A stretch of DNA of 52,290 nt, filler included, from Ylistrum balloti (taxonomy: Eukaryota), in assembly GCF_031769215.1 (NCBI RefSeq). It is 2 parts of 2 records of this genome, joined end to end, with 100 filler letters (N's around TTAATTAATTAA, not from the genome) between each part and the next. Parts side by side here need not be neighbours in the genome. Positions count along the whole stretch, not along the records: positions 29,378 to 52,290 come from NW_026782800.1; 1 more part is not named here. The stretch is one strand, 5' to 3'. Shown here in pieces: positions 48,428 to 52,290 of the stretch. Under the pieces are notes generated by a model. The model made no database searches. It saw only the letters and a list, made by a program, of their open reading frames with translations, and was not told where the DNA came from. Positions within the stretch are counted from its first letter, which is position 1. Each line of letters starts with the position of its first letter. The position numbers were made by a program, and so were the translations under genes.

Positions 48428-51400
48428 TGGACCTTACTAATCCGGATGTTTTATTACCGGTTTGGTTTCGACTTTATTGTGATCTTTTGACCTGGGCGCG
48501 GCCATACTTGACTTGCAGCGAAAAACGTTCTGTAGCTATACGATAACAGAAAAGGGACTATCGTATAAAATGGATATGTACAAGAAACCATCTAAAGCAC
48601 TTAAACATCAAGGAAGCCAGATTAAAGAAATGATAAGTGGTAAAATAACGTTAAGTATTATAAGAAATAAATATCACGAGTGGCTTAAGGAGCTTGAACA
48701 TTTTATGGTGACCCATTCTGAAATTTTCCCTAACTTGTCTGAAGATGAAAGGGACGATTTTGATACCCAACATGAGCAATATGATGTGTTCCTTAGAAAC
48801 ATGAAAGGAGAGAAAGAGAGTTACTTTCTTAGTCATGACCCTAAAGAAGTTAAACAGACTAAAGCAAAAAGTCACGTATCGCAAAAGACATCTTCAAGTC
48901 TCGAAACAGTCAGGGCTGAACGCATAATAGAAGAACAAACAATCGCGACTCTCAGTGCTAATAAACGAAATATGGCAAAAAGGCGTAAACTTGAAATGGC
49001 CAGATTAACATCAAAATTTCAAGAAGAAGAACTTGAAGTTAATACCGATTTAGAAATTTCGACAGCAAAAACTGCAATACTAAAGAAATACGAACAGATG
49101 GAAGGAATTTCAGTTGAAGGTAGTGTAGCTGGTTATCTAAATCCGTATGCGCCTTCTTTTAAACCGACTTTCGAATCGAATCATCTACAAAGTGCAGATC
49201 GAGTGCAAACAGAAACTGACGAACACTCGAATGACTTTCTACGGCAGCCTGTCGGTGCTGACAACAATCTATTGAAGCCTGCTGGGTCAGATGGAAATCT
49301 ACGGAAGCCCAGTGATGATATTAGCACACTATTTGTACCGCAGCCCGGAACTGTCTCAAATGTGAATGGCGTTTCTCAAAATGATGCGAATGACACTGCA
49401 AACGTTGTGCAAAATATTGTCAAATACTTACGAAAGCCAACGCCAGAAATAAGTAAATTTGATGGCAACCCTATGGAATACCATAGATTCCTTCGTCAAT
49501 TCAAAATACCGAGACAGATTCTGAAAGGATGAATTACCTGGAACAATTGACCTCTGGAGAAGCTAATAAAGTTGTTTCTGGTTTCGGTCACTTACCTGAT
49601 GCGGTCGCTTATATGTCAGCAATGAAAACTCTAGAGGAACGTTATGGTGATAATGACGTCATAGTATCCGTGAAATAGGCTTTAGAATGGCCACCGATAA
49701 AGGATGCCAAATCGCTGGATGAATTTTCGCTTTTTCTCGCAGAATGTGAAAATGCGGCCTCTAGCATAAATAGTAGTTCAGTGCTAGACTTCTCGGAGAA
49801 TATCAAACGTTTGTTATCGAAGCTTCCAGTATATATGCATGATCGCTGGAGAAATATAGTAGTACAAAACAAGGAAAACAAGAAAAGCGTCCAGTTTGCA
49901 GTCTTTACTTCGTTCCTCAGAAGGAATCAAAGAAAGCCAATGATCCAACCTATGGAACAGCTGCGATAAGCGGAACGACAAAAAATCGTTACTCGAGTAG
50001 ACCTACTGGAGCTTCCGCCAACATCAGTGGGATAGTGAATGAACCGAGCTCATCAAATGCAACAACCTTTGACACCGTGCATGTGGCATGAGATGTTCAT
50101 TTTGTGATGGTGCACATAAATTAGAGTTGTGCAAGTCTTTTATCGCCAGGAGCCTAACAGAGAGATATACTCACCTTAAAACGAAGGGCCTTTGCTTCGG
50201 GTGCCTCAATAAAGGTTACATGACGAAAAAGTGGTTGTCTCAAGTTCTTGAACTGGAGCATGCCAGAATTAACAGATGCTACAAACCAAAAGGCTTTGGC
50301 GAAATAACTTCGTGCCAATTACATTGCTTCTTCTCTGATGCCAGCGAACTTGGCACAGGAATAGCCATCTACTTGCGACTACGAAATCAAGACGGAGAGA
50401 TCTATTGCACATTTGTATTAGGAAAGAGTAGAGTTGCCCCTCTTAAAGTAATAACTATTACTAGGATGGAACTTACTGCCGCGAACGTAGCTGTCAAACT
50501 CGCCAAACTAGTGTCTGAACAGCTAGACATGCAAATAGACCGAAATATTTCTGGACTGACAGCACGTCAGTGTTGAAATACATTGCCAATACGAAAATGC
50601 GGTTCCATACATTTGTTGCAAATAGGCTAGCGGTTATTCACGAGGCAACCTCTGTACAAGACTGGAACTGTGTTAGCTCTAAACAGAATCCTGCGGATTG
50701 TGCATCTAGGGGAATCCACAGGGTTGACAAATTCATTGGCCATGATGAATGGTTCAAAGGACCGGAATTTCTCTGGAAATGTGAGGGAGAATGGCCTACA
50801 ATCTCTGAGTCTTCTGTCGTGGAAGACAATTTGTCAGATGACCCAGAGGTGAAGGAGACAGTGTTTTCTGCCTTACTACATACTTTGACGGATGATCCAA
50901 TCACGAAGTTGACACAAGATGTTTCTGATTGGTGGAGATTGAAAAAGAAGTTGTGACTCGTGTTAGCAAATCTAGATTAACTTCAATCGAACTAACAAAC
51001 AATGCTGAGAAATTTCTCATCAAACGTGAGCAGCGAGAAGCCTTTTCGAAGGAGTTATCGGATATTCGCTCACCCAGCAAACTAGTCAAGCTCTCGTCAA
51101 AACTAGTTAAACTAGATCCGATGCTGGACGATGGAATTATGAAGGTAGGAGGAAGATTGGATAGATCCAATATGACGTATGAAGCGAAACACCCGATCAT
51201 CTTGCCCAAAAACTCGAGGATCGCAAGACTGATCGTAGCAGGTGTGCACAAATCCAATGGCCATCTAGGCAAGAACACCATCCTGTCTATCGTCCGACAG
51301 AAATATTGGATACTAGGGGCTTCCGACTTAGTGAAATCAGTGACATCCAAGTGCGTCTTATGTTGGAAATATCAAGCCCCTCTACAGAAACAGAATATGT

Positions 51401-52290
51401 CAGATCTTCCTAAAGAGAGACTAAGATCCGATCAATCGCCCTTTTCAGAAGTGGGTATGGATTACTTCGGACCTTTCGAAATGAAACGCGGAAGGTGTTT
51501 GATAAAGCGGTATGGTGTTATATTTACCTGCTTGGTTTCTAGAGCCGTCCATCTTGAAGTTGCGTCGTCTTTGGATACCGATTCCTGTATCAATGTCATA
51601 AGAAGGTTTATTTCTAGACGCGGGAAACCGAACTTCATCAGGTCGGATAACGGGACCAATTTCGTTGGCGCGGAAAAGGAAATGCGAGCATCCATCGAAA
51701 CGTGGAATACTGATCACATCCGTGACAATCTTATGCAAAAGGACATTCATTGGGAATTTAATCCTCCCTCGGCCTCGCACTTTGGGGGAATCTGGGAGCG
51801 ACTAATCGTGCGCAAAGTGCTCTACGGTGTGATGCATCAACAAATAGTGTATCTGGACAATGAGGGCCTTCATACTTTGTTTTGTGAAGTGGAATCGATA
51901 TTAAACGGAAGACCACTTACCGAATTACCCGACGGTCCTAACGATTTAGAAGCACTTACCCCGAACCATATTCTATTACTGCGGCCTGGGGAATTGTTTC
52001 CACCCGGAACATTTTAATATACCGACAATTATGTTCGCCGAAGATGGAGACAAATACAATATCTGGCGGATATATTTTGGAATAGATGGACCAAAGAATA
52101 CTTACCTCTTCTCCAACAAAGACAAAAGTGGTTTCGTGTGGAACGTAACATCAAAATAGGAGATCTGGTTCTCGTAGCTGACAATACTCCGCGAAATTGT
52201 TGGAGTCTTGGGAGAATCGTCGACGTTGAACAAGACTCCAATAAAGTTGTTCGTGTCGTTAAAGTAAAGACTGCTTCAACTACTTTGACG
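48428..52290 (+). mobile_element. BEL/Pao LTR retrotransposon, degenerate and internally deleted, truncated by the window end
   Basis: PBS-like TGGACCTTACTAATCCGGAT at 48428-48447. Gag has KFDGNPMEYHRFLRQF and a CSFC..H..C / CFGC knuckle. The RNase H region has LHCFFSDASE and GKSRVAP. The integrase has H..GH..CVLC, MDYFGP, SDNGTNF and GGIWER. After TAA 52015-52017 the frame continues [20 protein letters not shown]...KIGDLVLV (DUF5641-like). Confidence 0.93.

Overview
AT-rich animal genomic DNA, probably from a bivalve mollusc (inferred from the SINE and Helentron-type repeat families), with three small N gaps and mostly transposon-derived sequence. The main feature is a 12-exon gene on the + strand (501-14299) that the ORF track shows only in fragments. 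Its GT-AG exons join in matching phase. It encodes an N-terminal SET (KMT5A/SETD8-like lysine methyltransferase) domain, a low-complexity linker, two Zn-finger-like motifs, a complete tyrosine recombinase (YR) catalytic domain and a C-terminal Myb/SANT-like domain. A shared AGGAC/GTCCT motif brackets the gene, as a cluster at 1-150 and a 21/24-bp phased array at 16221-16680. This suggests a roughly 17-kb Crypton-like DNA transposon that carries its own chromatin-modifying enzyme. One splice path has an in-frame TAA (SET-only product) and another is fully open (SET-YR fusion). The rest of the window holds MITEs, Helentron-like and SINE insertions and minisatellites. It also has a minus-strand LINE flanked by a 174-bp direct duplication and interrupted by a Gypsy element with identical 104-bp LTRs, further LINE, MULE and Tc1 remnants, and an internally deleted BEL/Pao element cut by the window end. 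All homology calls are from motif recognition by eye; no searches were run.
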